Shown here: piece by piece, positions 1-13,124 of the stretch | Layout: each line of letters starts with the position of its first letter | Numbering within the stretch: the first letter of the stretch is position 1 | NCBI GenBank assembly: GCA_030141605.1 | Contig: JAQGDQ010001384.1 | Location: 1 to 43,423 of the forward strand | Source of the DNA: Tubiluchus corallicola | Taxonomy: Eukaryota; Animalia; Priapulida | Length of the DNA: 43,423 bases | Direction: 5' to 3' | Position numbers and translations under genes: made by a program | Notes under the pieces: model-generated | Databases searched by the model: none | What the model was told of the DNA's origin: nothing | The model's input: only the letters and a program-made list of their open reading frames with translations

Positions 1-98
1 CATTACAATAAAATCTGTTTACTTTATTAACATACTAACCATAAGTTTAGATATTTACAAAATTTTAGTCATAAACGTTAGAATTAGTCAGAATTAGT

Positions 99-703
99 GC
101 TGCATCAGAGAAAATTTGTAAAATAATCTAATGTAAATTTAGATCAGTTTGCAAAATCCAAATTGAAATGCAAAAAAACTAGTTCTTATTGGCTGTTCAC
201 ATTCAGTAAAGTGGACAGGTTTACAACTTTATACAACAGTTTTCTACAGGAATAGTTCTAAATGCAAAATGAGTCAGACAGCCTGAATGCACCATGACTA
301 TTTTGTGATGCCAGTGGTGCAGACCGCTAAGAGCTCATCTAATTAGGTAAATTATTTAAGAAATTATTAAAAATCTAAATTCTGTTCTAGGCCAAGTTGT
401 ATGAGACCGACTCATTATTAGCCTAACACAAAGACGCTCGTTATAAAAGCTTAATAGTTAAAACTGAAAGTTATCTCACAAGATGGCGTCTTATTGTAGA
501 AGGTATTATGATGTATCTGATGCTGATGTTTAGAGTTTACAAAACTTCTTCATAATCACTGGGAACATGAAAAAGATGATCTAGAAGCATTCATGGATGT
601 AAATTCGAGGGTTTTGATCCCTCAGAGGTGAAGTGAAAAGTTATATATCTGGGTAGGCAAGAAAATCAAGAAAACCCAGAAATCAGAGAAAACAAATTGC
701 ATT
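99..703 (+). repeat. ~605-bp direct duplication, copy 1 (partner 5636-6241)
   Basis: GCTGCATCAGAGAAAATTTGTA...CAAATTGCATT recurs nearly identically at 5636-6241, with only scattered substitutions and about one indel. Confidence 0.95.
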
Positions 704-820
704 CATGATCAGTCTGTTTCGTATGGGAGGATCACAGATCATGAAATTGACAGATGCAGGTGCATGTGGAATGGGGACTCAGGAAGAGCTGGGTCGGCCA
801 TTATTATGGCCCTGAAATCA
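426..820 (+). pseudogene. Endogenous viral element: decayed phenuivirus-like (Bunyavirales) nucleocapsid gene with segment 5' terminus
   Basis: ACACAAAGAC at 426-435 and ATG at 483. Stitched frames read MASYCRRYYDVSDADV*SLQNFF..DDLEAFMDV/FEGFDPSEVK*KVIYLG..IAFMISLFRMGGSQIMKL..GR/AIIMALKS. This resembles the Phlebovirus/Tenuivirus N pattern F-x-Y/F-Q/E-GFD..MI-x-L-xx-RG-xxxx-K..G-xx-I/V-xx-L. Several stops and frameshifts. Confidence 0.6.
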
Positions 821-1108
821 CTCTGGGCTCTATTCTAGGCCCTTTCTTTTTCTTGTCTATATAAACGACATTATTCATAATATACAATGACAGTCATGGT
901 CCTGATATCACTCTGGGCTCTATCCTAGGCCCTTTCTTTTTCTTGTCTATATAAACGACATTATTCATAATATACAATCACAGTCATGGTCCTGATATCA
1001 GTCTGGGCTCTATCCTAGGCCCTTTCTTTTTCTTTGTCTATATAAACGACATTATTCATAATATACAGTGACCGCCATGGTCCTGATATCACTCTGGGCT
1101 CTATCCTG
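806..1108 (+). repeat. ~90-bp tandem repeat (about 3.3 copies) containing a LINE reverse-transcriptase motif
   Basis: Units start at 806, 896, 986 and 1077. Each unit encodes GSILGPFLFLVYINDII, the QGSxLGP..YxND segment of CR1/L2-type RT. Confidence 0.9.
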
Positions 1109-1160
1109 CCTATTGATGACAAAATTTTGTGAAAAAACGGAGACGTTTTCTGCATTTCAG

Positions 1161-1359
1161 CACAACCATTTTCCCGGATCAGGAAAAGAAACTTGCCAGA
1201 AGGACGGTTTCTGAAGAAACATCAAATTTCTAAGAGGCAAATACGGAACAGAAGATTTTAGCTTCGTACCTCTTACGTTTATCTTACCAGCCCAGAAGGG
1301 TGGCGTTCAAAAGATATTTGGAAGAGAATCCCAAAGAAAGACAATGGATTTATAAACCG
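1161..1359 (+). pseudogene. Orphan pseudo-exon of a tubulin-tyrosine-ligase-like (TTLL) gene
   Basis: Acceptor tttcag at 1155-1160 and donor gtattt at 1360. Reads HNHFPGSGKETCQKDGF*RNIKFLRGKYGTEDFSFVPLTFILPAQK/VAFKRYLEENPKERQWIYKP, matching TTLL motifs NHFPG, KD, F-x-P-x-TF-x-LP and WIxKP. One stop and a 1-nt insertion. Confidence 0.85.
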
Positions 1360-1548
1360 GTATTTACAACACTTACAATCTTGATATTTCTAAATAAATA
1401 TCAATTTGAAATTCACAGAAACAGTAGTGCTCTCATTCACTTAATGTAAAAATGTTGAAAAATTTCGTTCTGTTGTGCAAATAAACTGTAACAGGACAGA
1501 CAAGCTGATGAATATGTGAAATGGACCTCTTCCCAATAACATCTTTGG

Positions 1549-1700
1549 CTTAAACGAGAACTGGACCCTATCTTAAGGTATGGCACAAAACTATCTAATC
1601 TTCAAATTATTGAAAGGGAACATACTGTTCCTTCAAGAATGACTTACGTGCAAGAATTATTACACCAGAAACGTAATTTCATATTCACGTAAATTACTTC
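1549..1700. repeat. Old dispersed repeat with a diverged inverted copy at ~14905-15049
   Basis: The core ATTGAAAGGGAACATA..AATGACTTACGTG.AAGAATTATTA matches the reverse complement of ~14935-14995. Confidence 0.6.
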
Positions 1701-2165
1701 TAACCTTCTGCATGCATTTCGATAATTCGTTAGTGAGGTGGGCAAAAGCGTCTCCATCTCGACTAGTGCCTCCAACTCTAAATATGGTTCAATTGTGATG
1801 TGACATACACGTTCGAGAGCTCGTGTGTGAGCATAGCGGTAGACTTAAAATTTGAATTCTAAACTTAAACAAAATTTGCGGACTTTTTGTATATCACGAA
1901 AAATGTTGTACAGTTACTGTAGCAATGTGCACTTTTATTTCTGCTTTCGCAAGCACATGCAACACGCTCATGGAATGTTTGTGCTGTTGAAAAATACGTT
2001 CAGTTGTGATGTCATCACTACTTGTGCTCGATTAATCCCAAATTTTTAACCGCATGAACAGCCAATGATGTTTTAGCTCTTGTGTTAATGAAAATGTGTT
2101 AGACGCTTTTTAATTGTCAAATACAGATATACAAATAACTGGAACTGTACCAGTTTGTAAATTTA

Positions 2166-2204
2166 CCAGTGATGATGACAGCAGCAGCCTGTCGAAACGT
2201 TTGG
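2166..2204 (+). ncRNA. Minimal hammerhead ribozyme relic of Penelope-like element type
   Basis: CCA-(G)TGATGA-T-GACAG-cagcagc-CTGTC-GAAACGTT-TGG: CUGANGA-like core with the first C substituted, perfect 5-bp stem II, GAAA, palindromic ACGT stem III and CCA/TGG stem I. Confidence 0.65.
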
Positions 2205-3746
2205 CATGATTTTAACTTTATAATGTAAAAGTTTTAATAAAGTTGCGTAACTTTTAACTATAAATGTTTTTAATTCTCTGTAATAAAAATACAGAATCAT
2301 TTTAATCGAGCATAAGATCTGAAATCAGAAAAAAATCCGATCCGTGATCCATATATCGATCAAGAGCTCTTAAAAGTGAGACTGCGTCTGGCAACAGCGC
2401 ATTATTTCCGTTTTTCAAATGAAGAAGAAGTATTTCTACTTTTAAAAATGACTTGAAAATTTCTGATGTTAGCATTTTTACAAGAGTGCTATACTCCTCA
2501 GAACAGGAAAAATAACCCTTACAATCAAATCTCTGTTTATTTTACTAATATAGTAACTATAAGCTTTAAACATTTACAAAATTTTATTCATAAACTGTCA
2601 TTATTGTCTTATTAGATGTCTCATTGAGAGAGTGGCTAACCTCGATAACTTATAGTTCTTTCACCACCCTTTAACCACTAATCAATAATCGCTTTTGCAC
2701 TTTGTAATATTATTGTATGTTGTACAGGTTTATAAATCTCTTAGTTGTGTATTTTGCCATTTCAAAAATGGTGATAAACTAATAAACTTATTTACTTGCT
2801 TACTTAAACATCATCACACTGCCCACTGGGCAACCCCTATAAGCTGCAGCTTCCCTGGTCTCCCTAAAACATACATAATCTAATGTTGTTGTTTATGTTA
2901 ACAAATTGACAAGCGGACACATTTCTACAATTTACCGTCTGTTAAACTGCACGTGGGGTACATTTTGCTGAGTCCAGCATTAAGTACCCATGTAAAATAT
3001 TGCATAGAGGGTGCCCAAAAAGAATCTTTTCGTATCACATTAGAATTTCTATTGCAATGGGAAGAGATACAAGAACCACAAGAACAAATAGAAATAAATG
3101 TTCAATATAAACAACTTAAACAAACATTGACTAAGAGAATAGGTAATTTTATAACAAATTCTATTGCAAGATTGGTGACCCGGGAAACACATGCAGTTCA
3201 AGCTTTAGGCTTAGAAATAGGTTTTTCACATTTAGATATTGCTGGTTGTGAGTGGGGAAATTGTGTTATTTAAGTATTTATTTTTGGTGAGTATGCTTGT
3301 ATGAATGTTTGAGTTGGTGTGTGCGCGAGCGTGCGTGTGTGTGTGTGTTTGTTTGTGTGTATGTTATGATTATTTGTGTTTTGTGCTTGACTAATTTGTT
3401 GTTCATAGGTTGTATGTAAGTGTGAGTGCTAGTGATATATTTAGCAGCTTTTATATAAAAATTTGCTGAGTTGTTTAGTTTTGTAGTGTGTGCTTGTGTT
3501 AGTGAGATTGTTTGTATCATAGGGTTTGTATGGGTGACTGGACTTGAGGCTGCTACAAAGCTTTAACTTAATAGTGTTAATAAGTTGGGAATGAGCTGTT
3601 GTGGTTGTTGGTGGGTAACAGTTGTTTTGGTGGTCCCTGCTCTAGTGAGTTCCTGTTGTGGCCAAGTTTTTTATGCGCCATTGCATATTCTTGTAGTTAA
3701 AAGGTACTACGTCGAACAAATTATATATGTTAAAAGACATACACGA

Positions 3747-4340
3747 ATGGCAAGGAAAAGTTGCACGCTTTGCAAAAGTGCAAAAAATCCAGTAAATAAA
3801 AATCAGCTACTCGTATGAAAGGTGCTTCAAAAACATAGGCAAACGACGAATATGGGAAATGATGGACACGAGGCGGCAGAAATTGTGTTTCCCGACTTCG
3901 TACTTGTTGGTGATCCAGATGCCGAACGATATAAACAAATGCTAATTGCCTTGCAAATAAAAGCCAAAAATGACGAAAAAGAGAGTAAAGACAGTGGAAC
4001 TCTCTGAACTACTCTCTGAAAAGAAAGCGAAATGTAAGCAACCAAACAAGTGATAGTTCCTCCAAAGTTCACAGTCACTCAGATGAACCAAGTCAAACTT
4101 TGCTTGGGAACGGAGACACCTCCTCATCGAAACACGGGAATAACGACCTTCCATCGCAGGGCGAAACCTTGCAGGAAAAGGAAACTTGCAATGCCACAAT
4201 AACTGTGAATCAAAGAAGGAAAAATCATAAGACCATACATGCAACCAATCAAACGCTAGTCCTGGGAGACTCAAGGACCGTATACTTAAATCCAAAGGAC
4301 ATCGGGCAAAACGTCCAGCTGATGACGGGGAATTGGGCGC
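3747..4340 (+). mobile_element. Decayed ORF fragment ending in an SGNH/GDSL esterase-like block, probably a LINE ORF1 remnant
   Basis: MARKSCTLC.. start, several stops and frameshifts, then QTLVLGDSRTVYLNPKDIG, resembling the GDS block I of esterase domains found in ORF1 of some CR1/L2-group LINEs. Truncated afterwards. Confidence 0.45.
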
Positions 4341-5635
4341 CACCCTCATTGGAGGAGAGATTTTGAGGTGGGGTTGGGGTCTTTCTCATTTACATGAAAA
4401 TTAAAACTTTCTCCCCATTCGTTCGTATAAAAACTAAAATTTTACCGCAATTGTAATCAGCCGCATTTCCCGGTAAAGAAATCTTCACGAATTTTTTCCT
4501 ATAAAAAGGCTGCACACTGATAATGCAATCGCTTACATGGTTACTTTGGAACGAGATACTTCTGAAAAGGGAGAATGAAATGTTTACATTTCTGTAAAGC
4601 GTTTGAAGCAGAATATTATGATGTTTTAAATAGTATGTAAAAGTATGTGGTGCATGGAACACGAATGGTTATTTTCTGCACATAAGAAAAGCAAAAAAAA
4701 AAAACATTGTAACCACTGAGTCTTAAAGAAAATGTGGTGTCTTTGCTGATCAGTTACATGGGCTATGACACTTACACTGAACATTTACTCGTTTTACTAT
4801 ACAATTTGCCAAAGATTGAAAACTGTCTGAAAAGCAACGTGAAAAGTTTACCAGTCAAATCTCTTTTGAAGAAATTGCAGTGTCACTGGATAAGAGTGAG
4901 TTTATGTATAACATTACGGTGGCTTCAATAGTAAAAGCATACATTCTAACACATTTGTTACATGCCACTTCTGATATCAGCATTACTATTTCCTCTTTCC
5001 AATCTGGCCTTCCCTGTTGGAGTCACTTGTCATGTTACAATCTTAAGCTGATGAGCCTACCTCTGTAAAACTGTTTTAAAAAAGAGATTACTTTTACTAA
5101 ACCATCGCAGATGATGTGACTTTGAATAAATGTAAAGAAAAGTTTTAAACATAAAGAAACACACACGTATATGGTCGTTAGCATTGCTTATATTTTTTAT
5201 ATTCGCATCAGTTTTTGCCAATTGCTCAGTGCAGCATGAAAATTGTTTAAAAATATAGGAGAATTTAAAACATTGATGAAGCTTTGTATGGTGAAAATAT
5301 GTTGTAGTTATCAAAACACTTTCTCATTGCTAATAAGATCTTTCAGATCAATGAGTCGTAATATTTACAGTCAGCTAACTATTGGCTATTCTGCAAATGT
5401 TTCTTTTTGCATTTTTGTTCAAATTGATTTTTTTTAAATATTGATTTACAGAAGTAGGCAAACTTGAAAAGCCAAGGCTCTTTGGTCTCCCTTAAGCCAT
5501 TCATCATATAGTAAGTCTGTGTGTTCCACAGATTCTTGCTACATTTGGCAGCATCTATCTAGAATTTAAAGGACTTCATGTGAGCAGACATCTTAAATGA
5601 TGTGTAAGACGATGCAATTAAAGTTTTGATTTAGA

Positions 5636-6241
5636 GCTGCATCAGAGAAAATTTGTAAAATAATCTAATGTAAATTTAGATCAGTTTGCAAAATCCAAAT
5701 TGAAATGCAAAAAAACTAGTTTTCATTGGCTGTTCACATTCAGTAAAGTAGACAGGTTTACAATTTTATACAATGGTTTTCTACAGGAATAGTTCTAAAT
5801 GCAAAATGAGTCAGACAGCCTGAATGCACCATGACTATTTTGTGATGCCAGTGGTGCAGACCGCTAAGAGCTCATCTAATTAGGTAAATTATTTAAGAAA
5901 TTATTAAAAATCTGAATTCTGTTCTAGGCCAAGTTGTATGAGACCGACTCATTATTAGACTGACACAAAGACGGTCATTATAAAAGCATAAATAGTTAAA
6001 ACTGAAAGTTATCTCACAAGATGGCGTCTTATTGTAGAAGGTATTATGATGTATCTGATGCTGATGTTTAGAGTTTACAAAACTTCTTCATAATCACTGG
6101 GAACATGGAAAAGATGATCTAGAAGCATTCATGGATGTAAATTCGAGGGTTTTGATCCCTCAGAGGTGAAGTGAAAAGTTATATATCTGGGTAGGCAAGA
6201 AAATCAAGAAGACCCAGAAATCAGAGAAGACAAATTGCATT
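5636..6241 (+). repeat. ~605-bp direct duplication, copy 2
   Basis: Near-identical to 99-703. It ends abruptly where the putative 5' end of the LINE begins (~6242). Confidence 0.95.
5963..6241 (+). pseudogene. Second, 3'-truncated copy of the phenuivirus-like nucleocapsid EVE
   Basis: ACACAAAGACGG at 5963, ATG at 6021, the same FEGFDP motif, and the same stop codons as copy 1. Confidence 0.55.
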
Positions 6242-6480
6242 ACGCATGCGTGTGCTGTAGTAAGTTGCTCAGAATTTTTCGTAGGAAAAAAATTTAGAAA
6301 AATGATTGATTCTTCGTTGATCAGTTAAATTTTTTTAAACTGGATATTTTTGTGACACATAATGATGCCTGCCGCTATGACGTCTGAGACGAAAATAAGC
6401 AAAACAAGACGTCGAAATCAGACGCAAATAGTTGTGAAGTGAGAGTCAACACCCGCAGTACATCCAAACAAGCATCAAAC

Positions 6481-7330
6481 ATGGCGGCTCCCGTAAGCTC
6501 AAACGTACAGTCAGAAGATAGAACTGGCGTCCAAGATAGAGGCGGATCTAACGAAGATTTTGAGGTAAAGTCCATGTTAATGGATATATCTGGAAAAATT
6601 GATGCCAAGTATGAGCAGATACTGAATTGTATTTTTGATTTAAAGACAGAAGTCAATGAGATTACGTCAAGCCAACGGTATATCTCAGATCGCTTTGACA
6701 GTTTTGAGAAATCCATGACAGATGTCTCTGCAAAATGTGAAAAACTTTGCTCCGAAAATGCTGCTCTAAAAAGTACAGTATGTTCTCTTCAAGAGGAAAT
6801 TAGAAAACTTCAGGAAAAGCAGGATGACCTTGAACAATATGAAAGGCGAGATTGTCAAATTTTTACTGGTGAACCTGTTACCATGGACGCTAATTTTTAC
6901 TGGTGAACCTGTTACCAGGGATGAAGATACATCCAATATTGTAGAGCGACTTGCTTATCATATGGGACTAAATGTGACATGCAAGGATATAAGTATTTCA
7001 CATCGTCTCAAAGCAAGGAATGATGGAAAGCCACCATCCATTATTGCAAAATTCATACGCAGATAAACAAGAGATGAACTGTATGCGAGGTGCAAGAATA
7101 AAATTACTGCAGACCAGTTAGGATTCTGACTGGTCTGCACCCACCTAATCTACATTAATGAAAGTCTTACGCCACAACGACGTGATCTGTATAGGAGTTG
7201 TTTGGACTTCAAGAAGGCGCACAACTATAAGTTCCTCTGGACTCGAAATGGCAGTATCTATCTACGTAAGGCGGAGTCTACTGGGGTCATCAATATCCGT
7301 TCGAAAAATGACTTGGATAAAGTAACGTAA
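6481..7330 (+). pseudogene. LINE ORF1 (coiled coil plus RRM-like/CTD), disrupted
   Basis: Heptad region, then LEQYERRDC, DISISHRL, IIAKFIRR, IYINESLTP and FLWTRNGSIYLRK. Frameshifted by a 34-bp tandem duplication at 6858-6916 and carries in-frame stops. Confidence 0.85.
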
Positions 7331-7388
7331 ATGCTGGTATGCTTTAATTTAAAGTATTATACCTGATATTGATGGCTACGAAAATTAA

Positions 7389-9875
7389 ATGGCTACTAGG
7401 CAGTATTATTGTACTTTTTGTGATAAACAAATTAAAAGTAATCAAGCTGCAATATTCTGTGACATCTGTCTAGTGTGGTGCCATCATAAGTGCACCACTC
7501 TAACACTTAATGACTTCTACACTTTAGGTCAAACAAATGAACCATTTTACTGTGTTACTTGCTTAAAAGCAGTCTTCCCATTTCAATATTTGGAAGACAC
7601 AGAGATTCACGAACCTTGTCAGCTTGATTTTGTACTTAATTCAATTTATAATTTACCTAATTTAACTGAACTTTCTACTTTAAGTTCTTTTTCAAACGAT
7701 GAGCTTGACCTCTATAATATCCTACCAACATATGACAGTCCGTACTTTAAGCTTGATACGCTTTGTAGCAGTACAGAACTGACTTCAACAAATGCTGATT
7801 TCAGTTTTGTGCATTTTAATACTAACAGCCTCCATAGGTACTTTACCAATATGTATGATGTTATTACACATTTCCAACAAAAACCACAAATCATAGCAAT
7901 CTCTGAAACAAGGATTACTCCGAATACCACATTTTTATGTAATAAACCTGGTTATACTTTTATACATCACACTCAAACACACATGCTGGGGGGGGGGGGG
8001 TGCCTATATATAAGCAATCTGTTGAAATAAAATTCCAACAAAAATATGCAAGTCGAAAATCTTTGGATTAACGTTGAATACAATCTAAAACAAAAAACAT
8101 TATTTTTGCTGTTATATATAGGCACCCCAACAATGATGTATTACCCTTTCACAAAGAGATGGAGCGTAAACTGGCATACATTAACAGATCAGCCGTGAAA
8201 TGTTACATATGTGGAGATATAAATATTAACTTGCTACAACACGAAGAAAAACAATACATTGCTGACTAGATTTCCATGCTATTTTCTAACTATTTTGTAC
8301 CAGTAATTACGCGTCCCACTAGACTCACTCAGTTCACAAAAACTCTTATCGATCATGTTTACACCAATGATATGAGTCAATATATTGTGCCTGGTATTAT
8401 TCTGTATGAAATTGCCAATCATTTGCCAATTTTTTGTATTGTCAAATCTTCACTGTTACACAAAAAGAAACTCACCTACTAAATACGTGACCAATGTAAA
8501 TTTAATAAAGATAAATTTATTGAAGACCTAAAAAATAAATTTATGAAAACTGATATAACTCAGCTCCCAACTCATGACTCTTTCTCTGTCTTTATGCACA
8601 CTTACAGTCATGTTCTTAATACTCATGCATCAATCAAAACTCTGTCACGTAGAGAAAAGTTAACATGGTCCAAACCTTGGATAACTCCTGCTATTTTAAT
8701 ATCTATTAAAACCAAAAGTAAATTATACAAAACACATAAATTATCCAATAGTTTATTTAAAAGAAATTATTATAAAATATATTCAAATAATTTGAATAGA
8801 ATTAAAGAGGCTTCTAAAAAAAGTACTATTCTCAAATAATTCAAAACAATAAAAATAATATGAAAAAAATGTGGTCTACTTTCAATGATATATGTAACAA
8901 GACTAAAAGCAACAGGAATAAAATAAATAAAGTTACAGTTAATGGCCTTGAAATAACTGACCAAGGTAGTATAGCAGAGACTTTTAATGAATATTTTGCT
9001 TCTATAGGTTCAAATATGAAAAATAAAATCCCACAAGTTTCAAATTCCTTCCAATCATATCTGGGGCTAGAAAATCCACACTCTCTTTTTCTTGACCCTG
9101 TTACAGCACCTGAAATTGAATTGTTAATTAATAGACTAAATGAACAGAAATCACCTGGATCTGAAAAAATACCAGTATATTACTACAAAATTGCGAAGGA
9201 ATTATTATGTCCTCTGTTAACTACATTATTCAATAAATCTATTTCCACCGGTATATTTCCAGATATTCTAAAAATAGCTAAGATTGTTCCAGTACACAAA
9301 AATGGCCCTGTTGTTAATATTTCAAATTACAGACCAATCTCCTTACTTTCTCCTGTTGCAAAGATATACGAAAAAATTTTATACATTCGCCTAGAGAATT
9401 TTTTAAACAAACATAATATATTAAACATCTACCAATGTTGCTTCAGAAAAAGCTATTCCACTTGTCCTTCTGTATCTGAATTGTGTGACAGAATTAATGA
9501 GGACTTAGATAAAAAAAAGCACATTTGTGATATTTTTCTGGATTTATTTAAGGCATTTGATACTGTCCAGCACAATATATTGACTCATAAGCTTGCTCAT
9601 TATGGTATTCGGGGTAATGCGCTGTCACTCTTCACGTCGTATTTAGAAAATCGGAAACACTTTACTGCAATTGATGATAATGAATCACAGAGAATAAATA
9701 TTACTTGTGGATTACCACAGGGATCAACGCTTGGTCCATTATATTATATGTTAACGATCTACATTTGACATCCAATTTTCATACCAGATCGTTTGCAGAT
9801 GACACAAACCTGTTTATGGCTAATCAAAATCTTAAAAATCTCGAACATAATGTTAATGCTGAAATTAAAAAAATG
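7389..9875 (+). pseudogene. LINE ORF2: PHD finger, AP endonuclease and reverse transcriptase, disrupted
   Basis: PHD C4HC3 (CTFC..CDIC..HHKC..CVTC). APE motifs HFNTNSL, ISET, GGG, YRHP, GDIN and IDH. RT motifs KSPG, NYRPISLL, FLDLFKAFDTV, PQGSTLGP, YVND and FADD. Multiple frameshifts. Confidence 0.92.
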
Positions 9876-9938
9876 ATGTTTGAATGAAGGCAAATCAGTT
9901 AAGTGTCAACTATATATAAATGTATATATATATATATA

Positions 9939-11211
<1,273 letters not shown>

Positions 11212-12288
11212 TTTCATAAATAGATAAGAATTTCTTTGGTCCAGCTAAAACAGCAACTTTTATTCTTTCTTTTTCTCTTATTTTTTCTTTTCAGTTTCTT
11301 TTTTGCCTTTTCTTTTGTTTCATTAATTTTTATTGTCATTGATTCAAAAATATATATCATGAATGCCTTCAGCAATGCGCTTTAGTAATAGTCGCCAGTT
11401 TAAGAGGAAAGATTAAAAACTTGTTAAATGTATCAAAGTGATGAATCGTGACTGGATTTTAAAATGTTTTAAAGGATTTATTTCCCACAAAACGCTTGTT
11501 CAGAACTAAAGTTTATGACATTTGCCTGGAGGACATGTCTGAGATTTCTGAAAGATTTGTGTTTCATTGTAGACTAATGTTACATGAGAGTGGCTGGAGT
11601 GGAAATTAGAATAAAATTCCAATGTTCCCGACTTCCCACAGCTCAATAAATGAAATGTCAGGGTTCTGCTGGAGGCTAATCTATACACGCGTAACTCTTA
11701 TCCTACACAACTGTGTCTAGAGTGAAGATTAATACCTGCGTGCAGGTTGAAATCAATGTCAGAAGTTATTATCTTAAAATTTGTGCCAACAGCTAGTAAA
11801 ATGAAATTTCAGACAAAAGTGTTAAAAAAGAAAAATGATAAACACAATTATTCACTTTAATCCTTCAAACTTGATAAAAGAAATGTTTGCAACATAAACA
11901 ACTGAGTTCTCAATTGTCACAAGATGGTAATTAGCTGAGAGAAGACAAGAGGCAGAAAAAAGAGGGAACGACATTTCAGGGAGGAATGGAAAAAGACTTT
12001 GTAATAATACTAAACGCTTTGATTCTTTTACTTTTCAAATTATCATTATAGTTTTACTTCAAGGCTGTTCATTGGCTTTTCTCTGTTGAAAAAGTTCATA
12101 AATATTTTACCGCAAAGTCTTCAAGCAGAAACGTCAGATAATGGATGATGCACGTGTTCAGAATAATAATTTAAATGTAAGAGATTCTTGAGCAAAATAA
12201 CAGCTCAAGGTCAATCAAGAATCAAGGTGAATAAAATTTTTTAAGATTTTGCAATATATACCCTAAAATCTTCTTTAAACTCAAACAC

Positions 12289-12363
<75 letters not shown>
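12289..12363. repeat. (TTA)n microsatellite
   Basis: Pure TTA run abutting the Helitron end. Confidence 0.97.
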
Positions 12364-12364
<1 letters not shown>

Positions 12365-13124
12365 TAGCAAAGGCCTCGCAAAAATTTTGCTTATAAATAC
12401 ACTCATAATCAAAAATGCGGTAACATTCTACCTAGTGTTTGTCTTTTTATCTAACGCAAAGCCAGCAGCTTTTACTGAATTAAAGTTATAAGGTTATAGA
12501 CAGAGTATAATGGATGACGTCAGAACAATGGCTTTACGTCAGCAGTTTTCCAGGCGAAAATTGCCAAAAATAGAACATCTAATTAACTCGTCGTCACTCC
12601 TCTTGTTGCACGTGTCCTAAAACATATCCTATATCATCTTGTAGACCTGTTCGTCCTCTTTCTAAAGAGCTATATATCTCCTTCCGAGAGTCCCACCAGG
12701 CGCCGCTAGAGCGTTTTTTCTGCAGGCTGTTTGACAAAAATTTCGAAAAAATCGCGGGTTTTGTCCGGGAAAACGCCAGTTACGGGATGCCGCGGCCCTC
12801 TCGCAAATTCTAAATATGCCTACTACACCCACCGCTGAACGGGCTATCTATCCTTAGCCAGCACCACCCTCGGCCCGTTCCCGTTCTTCAGATCTCAGAC
12901 GTATAACTTTTGAAAAAAACGGCCGAAAAATGGCCATTTTTGGAGGTTTTTCGCTCCCCCCGTTCCTCCCGGTGGGCCCGATTCGAAAAATAATTCCCCA
13001 ATGGCACGACGCTAGATCGAGACCTTTCGTTTGCTGTGTAGATCGCCGCAAATGGTGCCGTCGTTAGAGCTGTAGCCTCGAATTTTATATACATATATAT
13101 ATACCAGTAGAATTAATATATAGA
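12364..13124 (-). mobile_element. Non-autonomous Helitron (family A), near full length
   Basis: On the minus strand it ends in CTAG followed by T, with a GCAAAA/TTTTGC hairpin about 10 nt inside. The other end reads TCTATATATT on the minus strand. No TSD. Four copies in the window. Confidence 0.7.

Larger units (their letters stand above)
6242..9875 (+). mobile_element. Decayed CR1/L2-group non-LTR retrotransposon (ORF1 plus PHD-APE-RT ORF2), 3'-truncated
   Basis: Two-ORF layout with recognisable ORF1, PHD, endonuclease and RT motifs. The 5' boundary is approximate. Sequence stops shortly after FADD. Confidence 0.92.

Noticed and set aside
2953-3273. 106-aa ORF as the N-terminus of a Penelope-like ORF
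   Set aside because: No RT or GIY-YIG motif is visible, and the resemblance is too weak.
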